A stretch of DNA of 64,000 bases. It comes from Eledone cirrhosa. Its lineage: Eukaryota. A program made the translations under genes and the position numbers. Below the pieces are notes generated by a model. It ran no database searches and was not told where the DNA came from. It saw only the letters and a program-made list of their open reading frames with translations. Where the stretch lies: contig OZ024756.1 in assembly GCA_964016885.1 (NCBI GenBank), positions 31,806,001 through 31,870,000 on the forward strand. The letters run 5' to 3'. Below are positions 44,160 through 58,104 of this stretch, piece after piece; the first letter of the stretch is position 1, and every line of letters begins with the position of its first letter.

Positions 44160-44363
44160 GTGTATGTGTGTGTGCGAATGGATGTCATTGTGTGCTTAGA
44201 TCTGTATGATATGAGTTATATATGCACATAAACATGTTCTATATCTATACGCGTGTTTATATACGATTATTTGATGTTAAATTTCTGGAAGCTTTTTCAT
44301 ACTTTTACATTTCCAGTAATGGACAGTATTTGCAATTTCCTCGTGTATGTCTATATATGCATG

Positions 44364-44397
<34 letters not shown>

Positions 44398-44407
44398 TGT
44401 ATGTATG

Positions 44408-44861
44408 TTTTCTCTTTCTCTTAATTTTGAGTATATTTTTTTGACCGGCCACCTTCCTGGTGGCAAGGTTGTAAAAGAAAAGAAATTGTCATCCCTTGAA
44501 TCGCAAGAATGTTTTGCAAATTTTGAAGGTGCCAGCTATCGCAGCCATTTGTAGACTATGAATTAGGGAGCTGCGCTTTTTGTCCGCAAATCCAAGTTCA
44601 GTCATACTTTGGTCCAAGCGGGTTGGTATATAACCCGTAGCACCAATAATGATGGGTATGAAGCTAAAGGTGTATCTTGGATACTGGATTTGTAAACTCC
44701 TCATCAATGGTCCGTAGATGTCCTCCTTCTCCTGTATTTTTCTGACAACGTTTACATCAAGTGGGCAGCTGATCTCCACAACAGAACACGTTTTCAATGT
44801 GTGGTCCCAAACTACAATATCAGGCCGGTTGTGCTTTAATTTGGTGGCAGTTTTTATTTTC
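44408..44861 (-). mobile_element. 5'-truncated R4-clade RLE LINE in (CATA)n
   Basis: ORF HNRPDIVVWD...VVEISCPLD...QEKEDIY...IPIIIGATG (RLE endonuclease) plus short 3' UTR; (TATG)n on both sides on the + strand. Confidence 0.88.
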
Positions 44862-45010
44862 ATGTATGTATGTATGTATGTATGTATGTATGTATGTATG
44901 TATGTATGTATGTATGTATGTATGTATGTATGTATGTATGTATGTATGTATGTATGTATGTATGTATGTGTGTATGTATATATGTATATATGTATGTATA
45001 TATGTATATA

Positions 45011-45580
45011 TGGCGACTAAACTGGCAACCCCACCAAGGTTTCTTGGTGAGGAGGGTGACTTTGGACATCCTGCAGGACTAAAAACAAAACCTGTCAAAG
45101 GGCAAAGGAGCTCTTAAGAGTCAATGGCCATCCAAAATCACCGGGAGAGATGACCCCTTTAGCCTTAGTCAAGGCAGAATTCTAGGAGAAGGAAAACTCT
45201 GATATAACACCTGCAACCCTGATGGTATCCAATGATGTTGACTTGTTCTTCTTTTTGGTAAATAGCATCTTGGTTAAGAGAGTGGGACTGGCTTTGTGCA
45301 GTGCCTTTGCTCACTATAAAAGCTTCACGGCACAGGCATTGCTTTATATCTGGAGATCTCTCTGCACTTGTCCTCACATGGGCCCAGCACTATGTGTCAA
45401 TAATTGTCCTACCATGGGCCTAGCACTATGTGTCAATAATTGTCACAGGTGTAGTGTTTGTACCAGAGGTTTCAAGTCGCTGGCTGGACTAAAAAGTCAC
45501 ACTCGTTCAGCGCTTCGGTAGGGGTTATCCTACATGGATGTAAAGTAGTGGCCGTACTCGAAAACGAGTTGGCAGCCACC
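45011..45580 (+). mobile_element. Non-autonomous RTE-derived bipartite element, 5'-truncated copy
   Basis: Close match to 51515-52057; ctaggagaaggaaaactctga RTE 5' UTR motif; CSVCTRGFKSLAGLKSH C-terminal finger; internal 36-bp duplication at ~45377-45445. Confidence 0.75.
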
Positions 45581-46244
45581 ATGTATATATGTATGAATAT
45601 ATGTATGTATATATGTATGAATGTGTGTATGCATGTATGCATGTATGTATGTATATATGTATATATGTATGCATGTATGTATGTAAAACATCCTTGCGAC
45701 TAGCATAATGTCCTCGTGTTTGATGTAATTACAACTTTGCTCTGAGATCCTACTGTAGATATAGGGTCATTGGCTTCTTGTCTTCTGATGAACAACCAAC
45801 AAGCTGTGTAACATTTAAAAGCAATATCTATAGTTTTTAATGTAGGAAAAAAAGAAAATCAACAACAAAATGTCCCCACAATTACTCAAAGTTTCACAGC
45901 GAGGCGGATAATTTAAAATAATGTACTTAAAACCGTTTTAGGTTTATCTTAGATTTCCTAATACACGCTGCATTATGTATAAGAAGAAAAAGAATAAGAA
46001 TAATAATAATAAAAAGAATGAGAAGAAGAAGAAGAAGAAGAAGAAGAAGAAGAAGAAAAAGAAAGAGAAGGTGAAGAAGAAGAAGAAGAAGAAGAAGAAA
46101 GACAAGGAGAAGAAGAAGAAGAAGAAGAAGAAGAAGAAGAAGAAGAAGAAGAAGAAGAAGAAGCTGTTGATGTTAAAGCAAATGATAAAGCCGCAGAGAA
46201 GAAGAGTAAGAAGAATGAAAATAAAGGGTTGAAGTAAGGGAAGA

Positions 46245-46985
46245 AAGAGAAGGGGGTGAGATGGAGGAAGAATTAAAGGTAGTAGCAGAGAAAGGGTAAG
46301 AAAGAGGAGGGGGTGAGATGGAGGAAGAAGTAAAGGTAGTAGCAGAGAAAGGGTAAGAAAGAGAATGGGGTGAGATGGAGGAAGAAGTAAAGGTAGTAGC
46401 AGAGAAAGGGTAAGAAAGAGGAGGGGGTGAGATGGAGGAAGAAGTAAAGGTAGTAGCAGAGAAAGGGCAAGAAAGAGGAGTGGGTGAGATGGAGGAAGAA
46501 GTAAAGGTAGTAGCAGAGAAAGGGCAAGAAAGAGGAGTGGGTGAGATGGAGGAAGAAGTAAAGGTAGTAGCAGAGAAAGGGCAAGAAAGAGGAGTGGGTG
46601 AGATGGAGGAAGAAGTAAAGGTAGTAGCAGAGAAAGGGCAAGAAAGAGAAGGGGGTGAGATGGAGGAAGAAGTAAAGGTAGTACAGAGAAAGGGTAAGAA
46701 AGAGGAGGGGGAAAGATGGAGGAAGAAGTAAAGGTAGTAGCAGAGAAAGGGCAAGAAAGAGAAGGGGGTGAGATGGAGGAAGAAGTAAAGGTAGTAGCAG
46801 AGAAAGGGCAAGAAAGAGGAGTGGGTGAGATGGAGGAAGAAGTAAAGGTAGTAGCAGAGAAAGGGCAAGAAAGAGGAGTGGGTGAGATGGAGGAAGATGT
46901 AAAGGTAGTAGCAGAGAAAGGGAATGAAAGAGGAGTGGGTGAGATGGAGGAAGAAGTAAAGGTAGTAGCAGAGAAAGGGCAAGAA
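46245..46985. repeat. 57-bp purine-rich minisatellite, ~13 units, within GAA-rich low complexity (45980-47395)
   Basis: gaaagaggagtgggtgagatggaggaagaagtaaaggtagtagcagagaaagggcaa repeated. Confidence 0.97.
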
Positions 46986-47959
46986 AAAGATGAGGAGAGA
47001 AGAGCAGAAGAAGAATAAGACAAGTAACTAAGAAAAAGCAGGAAGACACCGACGAATAGAAGGAGGAGGAGTAGGAGAAGGAAAAGAAGACAGTGAAGAA
47101 GAACTAAAAGAGAAAAAGATAAAGAAGAAGATGAGGAAGAAGAAGTAGTAGAAGAAGAAGAAGAAGAAAACGAAAAGGAACAAAGAAAAACCAAGAAGAC
47201 ACCAATGAAGAGGAGGGGGAGGAGGAGGATAAGAAGAAGAAGAGGAACTAAAAGAAGAAGAAGAAGAAGTAGAAGAAGAAGAAGAAAAAGAAGAAGAAGG
47301 GGGAGGAGGAAAAGAAGAAGTAGAAGGAGGAGGAAGGGAAAAAGAAAAAAAATCGAAGAAGAAGAAGAAGAAAAAGAAGAAGAAGAAGAAGAAGCCAACG
47401 ATGATGTAAAACTACTAATAATAATAAGTGTAAGTAGAAGTTGAAGACGCGAGGGGAATAAGAAAATTGGACAGGCAAGCGAGAACTGCGATTTATCATT
47501 GCAGTGACTAATGACTTCCATACACTAGAGCTGTTTAAAAATCAATACATAATCATTATAGAATGAAAAGTCAAGTGAACTGTAAGTGACAAGTTTACAT
47601 ATGAGGATCAGCGGACTGCTACGATGTGGATGGATGCACGTAATAGACATAATTGTACGTAACCAGGTTTGTGGGTAGATAAATTGTGATGTGATGCCTT
47701 GAAAACGTTGATGGTATGAGTTAACGTGAATTATGAATTAAAATAGGGTTAGATAAAATAAAATACAATAGAGACATTACAAAGAAAATAAAAGAAAGTG
47801 AAAGGAAAATAAAAATAAAAGAGCCGATCGTCAGAGTATAGACCAAGGAAACAATGTTTGAAATAGTCTTTCTATTGTTGATACTGTCTGTTGGTACAAC
47901 TCTTGGCTAGGGGAGCGAAGAAACCAATCGTCAGGTCGAACGGAGGAAACTGTTTAATG

Positions 47960-48547
47960 ACTGAAGCCAGTAAAATAATTGTTTCTACTTTTGGCACAAG
48001 ACCAACAATTATCCCAGTGTATTACTGGTACTTTATTTTATCGACCCCGTAAGGATGAAAGGCAAAGACAACCTCAGTGGGATTTGAGCTCAGCTCGTAC
48101 AGGGCCGCAACTCTTTGCTGCAAAGCATGACATCAGACCCTCTACCGATACTGCCACTGAAGCCAGTAAAATAATTGTTTCTATTTTTGGCACAAGACCA
48201 ACAATTATCTCAGTGTATTACTGGTACTTTATTTTATCGACCCCGTAAGGATGAAAGGCAAAGTTAACCTCGGTGGGATTTGAACTCATACCATAAAGGG
48301 CCGTAACGTTTTGCTGCAAAGCATGACATCAGACCCTCTACCGATACTGCCACTGAAGCCAGTAAAATAATTGTTTCTATTTTTGGCACAAGACCAACAA
48401 TTATCTCAGTGTATTACTGGTACTTTATTTTATCGACCCCGTAAGGATGAAAGGCAAAGTTAACCTCGGTGGGATTTGAACTCATACCATAAAGGGCCGT
48501 AACGTTTTGCTGCAAAGCATGGCGTCAGACCCTCTACCGATACTGCC
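47960..48547 (-). repeat. Three tandem 196-bp units, each a SINE family A copy plus flank
   Basis: actgaagccagtaaaataattgtttcta starts at 47960, 48156 and 48352. Confidence 0.95.
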
Positions 48548-48554
48548 ACTGATT

Positions 48555-49100
48555 GGGGAAAGGGAAAGTCGATTAAATTGACCCCAGTGCATGACTGGTA
48601 CTTTATTTTATCGATCCAGAATGTTGAAGCCAGTAAAAAAAATAATTTTTAATTTGGGCACAAGTACAACGATGCTAGGGGAGGAAAAAGTCGATTATAT
48701 CGACCACAGTACTTGACTACTATTTTATTTTATCGTCCCCAGGAGGATGATAGGCCAATCTGACCCTGGCAGTATTTGAACTCTGGGCGTAAAACCAGGA
48801 TTAAATATCGCGGTGGCATTTTGCTCGATACTCTACGAATTCTGCGAATCTACCCCCCCCCCCACGGTAAAATAATAATCATGATTTCTCATTTAATCAC
48901 AAGGCCTCATTTAACCACAGAGGAGAAAAGTCGATTATATCGAACTCAGTACTTTCGTACTTTATTCCATCAACCTCGAAATGATGAAAGGTAAAGTTGA
49001 CTTCAGGGATTGTAAACTCAGAATGAATGGAGCCAGAAAAAAATGCCACATTGATATTTTATCATACATCCAGCGCCTTACCAATTCTGCCAATCCGACA
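48555..49100 (-). mobile_element. Further older SINE family A copies
   Basis: Degenerate aagtcgatta...tttatcg...gatga.aggc motifs recur three times. Confidence 0.7.
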
Positions 49101-49404
49101 CCCTCTGAAGTCAGTAAAAATCAATAACAGTACACCAAGTCTTTACTTGAAAAAATCTAATATTTTTACATTGCACCGAGAAAGCCCATTAAGACAGAAA
49201 TGCATAAAGAGATTAAAATCTTCATTATCATACTCATTACAAAAACCTATAATAACCCCCCCCCCCCACGAATATATACGATTTTCCAATCAAATGGTTT
49301 ACTGACTAAACTAAAAATAGAAGAACACACAACAATTTTTTTCTTCTCCACAGAAAAATAATTGAAAATAATGTCTTTCAAAATAAAATGGAAATAAAAT
49401 CTAA

Positions 49405-50142
49405 TGAAATATTAATATTGTATTACATAAATAGTTTATATTCCAGGAAACACATATATTTATATAAATAGATTTATAAAAACACTGTACTCAAGTGAAT
49501 AAGTGTTTATTATTTATCCCAGAAGAGTTCTATTAGAAAATAAATTGAAGAATTAAATAGATTATAGAAAATTATTTAAGTTAATTATAATTCAGAGCTT
49601 ACTAACAAGAATCGATTAATAAATGTCTGTAATTTATAACCTGTGTATTGGGAAATCAATTCAGAATTAGTTACTGGAAATGCAGTATACAGTTGTCTAA
49701 CACTCATTAGTATAAACATATTAGAGATATGCAGAAACTATTTGAAACATGTTAATACTGGTTCCTCAGTGTAAGATAAATATATTCGATAAAACCGTAT
49801 ATACATATATGGAAGTCAAAATATCCTAATGCATGTAAGAATACTGTGGTATACAAAAGAATTTAAATATTCTTAGATGAAGCCAAGATGAAAGCTACAA
49901 TGACACGTAGATAAGCGTAATTGTAGAATTATTTTAATGTATCGCTACGCTGAGATCAAATAAAGATGAAAGGTATAAAAATACGTAAATATCTGTAAAC
50001 ATAAGATAAGGGTATTCTTCAGAAAGTCTCTAGAAATATTATATTTACTATGATTTATACTAATGATATAAAACCTCATACACACTACATAATATATAGG
50101 TAAATATTTTTACGTAACTAAATTTGCAATATTAAAAATAAT
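49405..50142 (+). repeat. Left arm of long inverted duplication
   Basis: Reverse complement of 52298-53035; near-identical over ~49520-50060. Confidence 0.95.
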
Positions 50143-50270
50143 TGTTTCTACTATTGGCACAAGGCCAGCAAATATTCCAGTGCATTACTGGTACTTTATT
50201 TTATCGACCCCGTAAAGATGAAAGACAAAGTTAACCTCGGCGGGATTTGAACTCAGACTATAAAGAATGT
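50140..50270 (-). mobile_element. SINE family A, partial
   Basis: Family A body and B-box. Confidence 0.85.
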
Positions 50271-50312
50271 AACTGAAAATACTGCAACACGAGAGTTGAC
50301 TGAAAGATTCAT

Positions 50313-50478
<166 letters not shown>

Positions 50479-50518
50479 ATATAAATATCTATATCTATAT
50501 AAATATATATATCTATAT

Positions 50519-50597
50519 AAATAGAGCTTCCGCCGTATTTTTGACTAAATAAATTAGGCTAATCTACTTAGTCAAAAATACGGCGGAAGCTCTATTT
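50519..50597. repeat. Fold-back palindrome with 39-bp arms
   Basis: aaatagagcttccgccgtatttttgactaa / ttagtcaaaaatacggcggaagctctattt; abuts a TA-rich tract. Confidence 0.9.
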
Positions 50598-51448
50598 CAC
50601 TATCTAATTTTTCAAATTCTCCGCTGTTTGTAAACAAAGGTAATTTTCAAAACAACACTATATATATATATATATATATATATATGTGAAAATGGAGTAA
50701 GGTTCTATACAAAACAGTGATTATAGAGAAAAGGTAGATTTGGAAATAGCACGGAAAATATAATTTAAGATCTGTTTTTCTTTTTATCTACTTTGATTCC
50801 TCAAAGTGACATTATTGAAAAGATGAGAGGGACAATTCTTAAAAAAAGAAGAGTGTTCTGATGTATATAAAATATATAAAATATATAAAATATATAAAAT
50901 ATAACCGGTTTCAATATTATCAGTGAAATGCATTTTATCAAATGTTCAGTATTAAAATAAAAAAAAATTAAAAAGAATCAAAAATTAAATGTCGAGGCAG
51001 GTTTGTTCATCTTTCTTGTTGAGAAGAAGACTGGATCCAGGAGATGAATAAATTGGGTATATTATCAGTTTCTTACCAAATGCGAAGAACCTCGATATAT
51101 CAACTCCTAAGGAAAGCGCATAATTTTTTAAAATTATATATATACAGTTGCGATTGAACTACCAAAACACACATCTATTTAGATATGCGCTACAATTTAT
51201 GTACATGTCATCTTTATCGCATATCGAAGTTTTCTGACTATTTTAGAGTGCAAAAGCCTAAACTAATCACTACAACTAAATTGTCCAAATTTGCACACCT
51301 TACCAATTCAGAATTGCTTCCACCTCCCCTATATATATATTATGTCGCAATACATAAAAAGTCGCAATGTATGTATGTATGTATGTATGTATGTATGTAT
51401 GTATGTATGTATGTATGTATGTATGTATGTATGTATGTATGTATGTAT

Positions 51449-52057
51449 GTCAGGTCACCAGTTGGTGCTACTGGTAACATGTATCCCAGTACAACTTGTC
51501 TCATGGTCGGGTCGTTGGCGAATAAACTGGCAACCCCACCAATGTTTCTTGGTGAGGAGGGTGACTTTGGACATCCTGCAAGACTAAAAACAAAACCTGT
51601 CAAAGGGCAAAGGAGCTCTTAAGAGTCAATGGCCATCCAAAATCACCGGGAGAGATGACCCCTTAGCCTTTGTCAAGGCAGAATTCTAGGAGAAGGAAAA
51701 CTCTGATATAACACCTGCAACCCTGATGGTATCCAATGATGTTGACTTGTTCTTCTTTTTGGTAAATATCATCTTGGTTAAGAGAGTGGGACTGGCTTTG
51801 TGCAGTGCCTTTGCTCACTATAAAAGCTTCACGGTACAGGCATTGCTTTATATCTGGAGATCTCTCTGCATTTGTCGTCACATGGTACCATGGGCCCTGC
51901 ACTGTGTCAATAATTGTCACAAGTGTAGTGTTTGTACCAGAGTTTTCAAGTAGCTGGCTGGACTAAAAAGTCACACTCGTTCAACGCATCGGTAGGGGTT
52001 CTCCTACATGGATATAAAATAGTGACCGTACTCGAAAACGAGTTGGCAGCCACCACC
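51449..52057 (+). mobile_element. Non-autonomous RTE-derived bipartite element, full-length copy
   Basis: gtcaggtcac 5' end; RTE 5' UTR motif; C2H2-like remnant; 3' tip ctcgaaaacgag-ttggcagccacc; (TATG)n flanks. Confidence 0.78.
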
Positions 52058-52217
52058 ATGTATGTATGTATGTAAATGGTAAACAGAAATAACAACACAA
52101 TCGGTACAGTATAAAATCGCAATACATGAAAAGAATAATGTTTTCTAAGAAACAGTTTATTCAAAATAAATAAATATGGAAACTTAAAAATGTCCTATGC
52201 ATTGCGACGTTTGGACC

Positions 52218-52297
<80 letters not shown>

Positions 52298-52298
<1 letters not shown>

Positions 52299-53035
52299 AT
52301 ATTGTTTTTGAGAACTGTAAATTGTGTTTTGTAAAAATAAATACTGACATATTATTTAGTATGTCTGATGTCTTATATCATTTGTATAAATCATAGTAAA
52401 TATAATAATATTTCTAGAGACTTTCTGAAGAATACCGTTATCTTATGTTTACAGATATTTACGTATTTTTATACCTTTCATCTTTATTTGATCTCAGCGT
52501 AGCGATACATTAAAATAATTCTACAATTACGCTTATCTACGTATCATTGTGGCTTTCATCTTGGCTTCATCTAAGAATATTTAAATTCTTTTGTATACCA
52601 CAGTATTCTTACATGCATTAGGATATTTTGACTTCCATATATGTATATACGGTTTTATCGAATATATTTATCTTACACTGAGGAACCAGTATTAACATGT
52701 TTCAAATAGTTTCTGCATATCTCTAATATGTTTATACTAATGAGTGTTAGACAACTGTATACTGCATTTCCAGTAACTGATTCTGAATTGATTTCCCAAT
52801 ACACAGGTTATAAATTATAGACATTTATTAATCGATTCTTGCTAGTAAGCTTTGAATTATAATTAACTTAAATAATTTTCTATAATCTATCTAATTCTTC
52901 AATTTATTTTCTGATAGAACTCTTCAGAGATATATACTATTCACTTATTCACTTAAGTACAACAATTTAGTTATTTACATAAATATGTTTGTTTCCTCGA
53001 ATATCAACTATTTATACAATACAATGTTTAATACT
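52298..53035 (-). repeat. Right arm of long inverted duplication
   Basis: Reverse complement of 49405-50142. Confidence 0.95.
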
Positions 53036-53561
53036 CCAGTAAATCTATATTTATATTTATATTTTATTACAAACAATTATATTGTTTTCGTCCATTCCAT
53101 TTGTCTCCAAGGAGGATAACAAAACAAAAATATCATGTATGCAGCTATTTTTAGTTATGTGAAGAACAACAGTATTAGATTGTAAAATCGTGTATATTTT
53201 ACAGAGTCGTCGGACGGAGTCTGAAATATAGTTTTCGAACAAGCCTCTCTCTCGAAGGCTTGACCGCGTCTTCTTAGTATTCTGCGCGAAGAACGATGCA
53301 GGATTGTTTTTGATTATATTGCAGTGTTTTGGTGGTCTTATCCGCGAGAAGAAGTTTATATTCTGTTTTCCATTATTATTAATTAATGTAATGGAAATAA
53401 CAACAATAAAAAGAATAATAAATTGAAACGATTTTAATTTCTGATGTCATTCTATCTTACTGGTCCTTCTCTGTATGTCAAAATTTATTATTTGAAAAGT
53501 AAATTCAGATCCCTTTCACCCTCTCCGCCCGTCCCTTCAATCTATCTTATTTCTCATTCTT

Positions 53562-53680
53562 TCTTTTAATGAAGGACTAGCGTCCGAAACATTAAGACTC
53601 TCTTCCTGTTACTTCAAGCGTTAACCTAATATATTCCTTCCATATACTGTACCGATTGTTTTGTTATTTCTGTTTACATT
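53562..53680 (+). mobile_element. PLE-like remnant with eroded hammerhead; related tail inverted at ~52075-52115
   Basis: TAATGA-a-ggac-tagc-gtcc-GAAA-cat-TA-aga; atactgtaccgattgt.ttgttatttctgtttac shared in opposite orientation. Confidence 0.4.
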
Positions 53681-53715
53681 TTACACACACACACACTCAC
53701 ACACACACACACACC

Positions 53716-53855
<140 letters not shown>

Positions 53856-53989
53856 TCAGAGACAAATATATATATAGAGAGAGAGATAGACCTGGTGTGG
53901 AAGAAATAAATAAATAAATAATGCAATGACTGAAGAATTCTTCATCATCATGAGATACCTGTTTCGGTCTCTTTGGCAGGTCTCTTCTG

Positions 53990-54145
53990 TCATGCTCTTG
54001 GGTCGACGCATACGTGAGGGAATCAAGTGGATAACCAACTGGTGCATGCCAACTTTAATTGATATGTCCAATGTCTTCACAAATATTGCACTGATTCTGC
54101 CGGAAAATTGCTGTATGTGTACACGTGATTGTGGAAAAGTCAGCA
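53990..54145 (-). pseudogene. Possible degraded gag/ORF1-like CCHC zinc-knuckle remnant
   Basis: Minus-strand frame QCNICEDIGHIN*SW fits Cx2Cx3GHx4C, with a stop and the last C lost. Confidence 0.3.
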
Positions 54146-55109
54146 ACCTACATGTTACTTAAAAAAGTAAATTCATTTGAATGTTCATCGTCGAAACCGA
54201 CGGAAGATATATCATTTACTATAAACCATGACGCAGATAAAAAGAAAGACTGCTTGAACGATTACTGCGTGATTGCTCACGGCTGACACGGGGTTACACG
54301 AGAAGAACTGACACCTACAAAGTTTCTTTAACTTTGAATCGTCTATACCATTCTCGCAGAAAATGTGCTGCCTTGTGCTTAACTTAAAATCGATATCAAC
54401 CGCGTTCGTATCTTGTTAAACGCTGTCTCGCATGATCTAATATAATAAGACTTTGATAACTGCGAGCCACGTCATACTTCAAGACAGACTAACAAATAAA
54501 TAAAAGAAATAGATAAAAGAAAAATAAATAAAAATAAAAATGATACGAAAGAAAAGAAGGAAAATATATAAAATTATATTAGAAAATAAACGAAAAATAT
54601 ATAAAGATAAAGATAAAGATAAAAAGCAAAAGCAAATTATGTAAAACGAACGAAAAATAAGCGAAAACAGTAGACAAAAGCCAAACTTACAAGCAAAACA
54701 ATTCTCTGAATATCAACCTAATAAAGATCTATTCAAATCTCGGAGCTTAATATAATATAGAATATTTATTATATTGTAATATAATAGAGGAGGCTTCCGA
54801 CAGTGCTTTCAAAATAGATGTGGTCTCCTAGAGATGTATGTGTCTCAATGAGTTTTGTATATTGTATGTTGAATACACACAAATCAAAAATATATAAAAT
54901 TTTTCTTCAATTCATATTTCTCACATCGCATATCATATCAACGGACACTCTATCAATCAAATAACCCTCCCACTATGCTTATATGTATGTAGAGACCCAC
55001 ATGCCAACACACACTGACAGTCACACACACATACGTATATATATATATACACACACACACATATATATTTTTTTTGAAATCTATATTATATTTATTCCCT
55101 GAAATGAAG

Positions 55110-55195
<86 letters not shown>

Positions 55196-55271
55196 ACACA
55201 CATATATAACATGAATTCCTGTAGAAAAAAGAGAGACATATCTCTCTATTTCTCTCCCTTTCTCACTCTCT

Positions 55272-55309
<38 letters not shown>

Positions 55310-55313
<4 letters not shown>

Positions 55314-55502
55314 CAAAGGAATTGTGGTAAGGGACCAGATGGACAATAACGCACCAGAGTACTCAATACTTAGGGTAGTAGAGTGGGAAAAAAGGAAAAA
55401 GTATGACACCTACAGCAGAGCTCAAGCCGTTTCGACGGCTATTTCTGGACCAGAAATAGCCGTCGAAACGGCTTGAGCTCTGCCGTCGGGGTCATACTTT
55501 TT
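55310..55502. mobile_element. Family P fold-back element
   Basis: Arms 55396-55448 and 55450-55502 with a 1-nt spacer; tail 55310-55387; (TA)n flanks. Confidence 0.75.
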
Positions 55503-56173
55503 ACTTTATATATATATATCTATATATATATAAGTTAGATCCACAACAGTTATTAAATTATTTTTGAGGACGCACGTTGCACCTTGCGGATTTTCAATGT
55601 ATACGTATACTTAGCCTGTATTTATATCTCATGCTCTTTCAGCTCTTGAGCTTTCCTAGATCTCTCCTCCTTCTACTCACTCTTTCTAATCGCTGCCATC
55701 TTAATCCCAATACCTCACACATAATCGAAAAACAAACTCCCCCTCACACACTAACACAAACTCTATTATACCTCCTCCTCTCCCGCCTCCTCAGCCTCCT
55801 CCTCGAAACAGAGATTTCTAACAATGATGTGTCAACTAAATAGAAGATTTTTCCAAAGTACAGAAAAAATTAAATAAAGAACAGAACAAAATTAAAATAA
55901 ATATACTATAAAAACAAAACAAAACTCTGTACACAAAACAAAGAAACCATATATTTTTAAGGAAAGTAATGATATTATTGATGGCGGTGATATTTATGTT
56001 GGTGTGGTTAGTAGTAATGTTGCTAGTATTGTTGTTGTTAGTGATGGTGTGGTTGTTGGTGATGGTATTGTTGTTGTTGTTGTTGTTTTCGTTTAGTATT
56101 GGCAAAGAAACTTGTATTGTGAATCAATGAAGTCAGTGTTTTGCCGCAGGTTTGGTGAGTAAAACAACAACAC

Positions 56174-56206
<33 letters not shown>

Positions 56207-56256
56207 ATTCCATTTTACTAAGCACACACAAAAAGTGTGAAAATACATGTGACCCC

Positions 56257-56323
<67 letters not shown>

Positions 56324-56517
56324 AGTCAGTCTATCTTTCTTTCTCTTTCTCTCTCCGTGCGTCTACCTCTCTAAATATTTTACATTTTCTCTCCGAATTC
56401 CTCTTCTCTATGGCTACACACACACACACACGCACACACACACACACACATATATATATACATACATACATATATATAAATACAGAAAAGAAAGCTGGAT
56501 TATCATTGAGTACCTCT

Positions 56518-56556
56518 ACAACTAATAGTTTCTCTATAATCAGCTCTTCAGGTTGT
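56518..56556 (-). ncRNA. Very short minimal hammerhead motif, degenerate
   Basis: Minus strand: acaac-CTGAAGA-gct-gattat-aga-GAAA-ctat-TA-gttgt; stem I perfect, closing C of stem II lost. Confidence 0.55.
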
Positions 56557-56726
56557 CGTACGTTTACAACTTCATCTGTTCATTGTAATTAAAGCCTGAA
56601 TGAGTATCAGTTGCATTAACTAAATAACCGAATATTAATTGAAATGCCCTAAAAATTAATGTAGCGATTGGTGCATTACTAAAAGATAATTCAGTTATTT
56701 AATATACACACACACACATATATATT

Positions 56727-56786
<60 letters not shown>

Positions 56787-56789
<3 letters not shown>

Positions 56790-57399
56790 GGTGGCTGCCA
56801 ACTCGTTTTCGCGTACGGCCACTACTTTATATCCATGTAGGAGAACCCCTACCGATGCGTTGAACAAGTGTGACTTTTTAGTCCAGCCAGCAACTTGAAA
56901 ACTCTGGTACAAACACTACACTTGTGACAATTATTGACACATAGTGCTGGGCCCATGGTACCATGTGACGACAAGTGCAGAGAGATCTCCAGATATAAAG
57001 CAATGCCTGTGCCGTGAAGCTTTTATAGTGAGCAAAGGCACTGCACAAAGCCAGTCCCACTCTCTTGACCAAGATGATATTTACCAAAAAGAAGAACAAG
57101 TCAACATCATTGGATACTATCAGGGTTGCAGGTGTTATATCAGAGTTTTCCTTCTCCTAGAATTCTGCCTTGACAACGGCTAAGGGGTCATCTCTCCCGG
57201 TGATTTTGGATGGCCATTGACTCTTAAGAGCTCCTTTGCCCTTTGACAGGTTTTGTTTTTGGTCCTGCAGGATGTCCAAAGTCACCCTCCTCACCAAGAA
57301 ACCTTGGTGGGGTTGCCAGTTTATTCGCCAACGACCCGACCATGAGACAAGTTGTACTGGGATACATGTTACCAGTAGCACCAACTGGTGACCTGACAT
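56787..57399 (-). mobile_element. Non-autonomous RTE-derived bipartite element, full-length copy
   Basis: Reverse complement closely matches 51449-52057 with the same 5' and 3' ends. Confidence 0.78.
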
Positions 57400-57404
57400 A
57401 ATAT

Positions 57405-57571
<167 letters not shown>

Positions 57572-58104
57572 CACATACAAATATATCTACAAAGATTAAG
57601 CATTCAAACACACACATGCACACACATGCACCCACATGCACACACACACACGCACATACATGTACAAAGACACACATATGCACACATACACACAGATATA
57701 TAACACAAGGTTCACTGAAAAGATGACATTGTATTCTTTTCCTTTTTTTATTTTTTATTTATATATTTTCCTTTGAAATGACATGAAAGATAAATATATA
57801 AAACATAGTACTGAATGAATGGTACTACCAGCATAAACTATAAATTATAAACTATAACCTACTTTGGCGTCTGCTAAGCACTGAAGGAAAAAGATACAGG
57901 CAGACACAGAGAGATACAAATAGATACAAAGGGATTGTAAAACTAATTCCAACACATTTAAGAAAAATTATATCACAATGGATGTTCTCAGTGAATTTAC
58001 AGCATGTCATAGTATACTTTTTATCGGTATGTTCTTTTTCACTGCATTTCGTGTTAGCATTAAATCAAAGGGAATATAGAATGTTATTGAAAATACTGTT
58101 TCAA

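Noticed and set aside
45440-45521. C2H2 zinc finger as exon of a host zinc-finger gene
   Set aside because: Lies inside a three-copy retroelement derivative and is disrupted in another copy (stop at ~51951).
45944-47521. 525-aa ORF and EEEVKVVAEKGQ repeat ORFs
   Set aside because: Produced by (GAA)n and the 57-bp minisatellite; + strand units carry stops and a frameshift.
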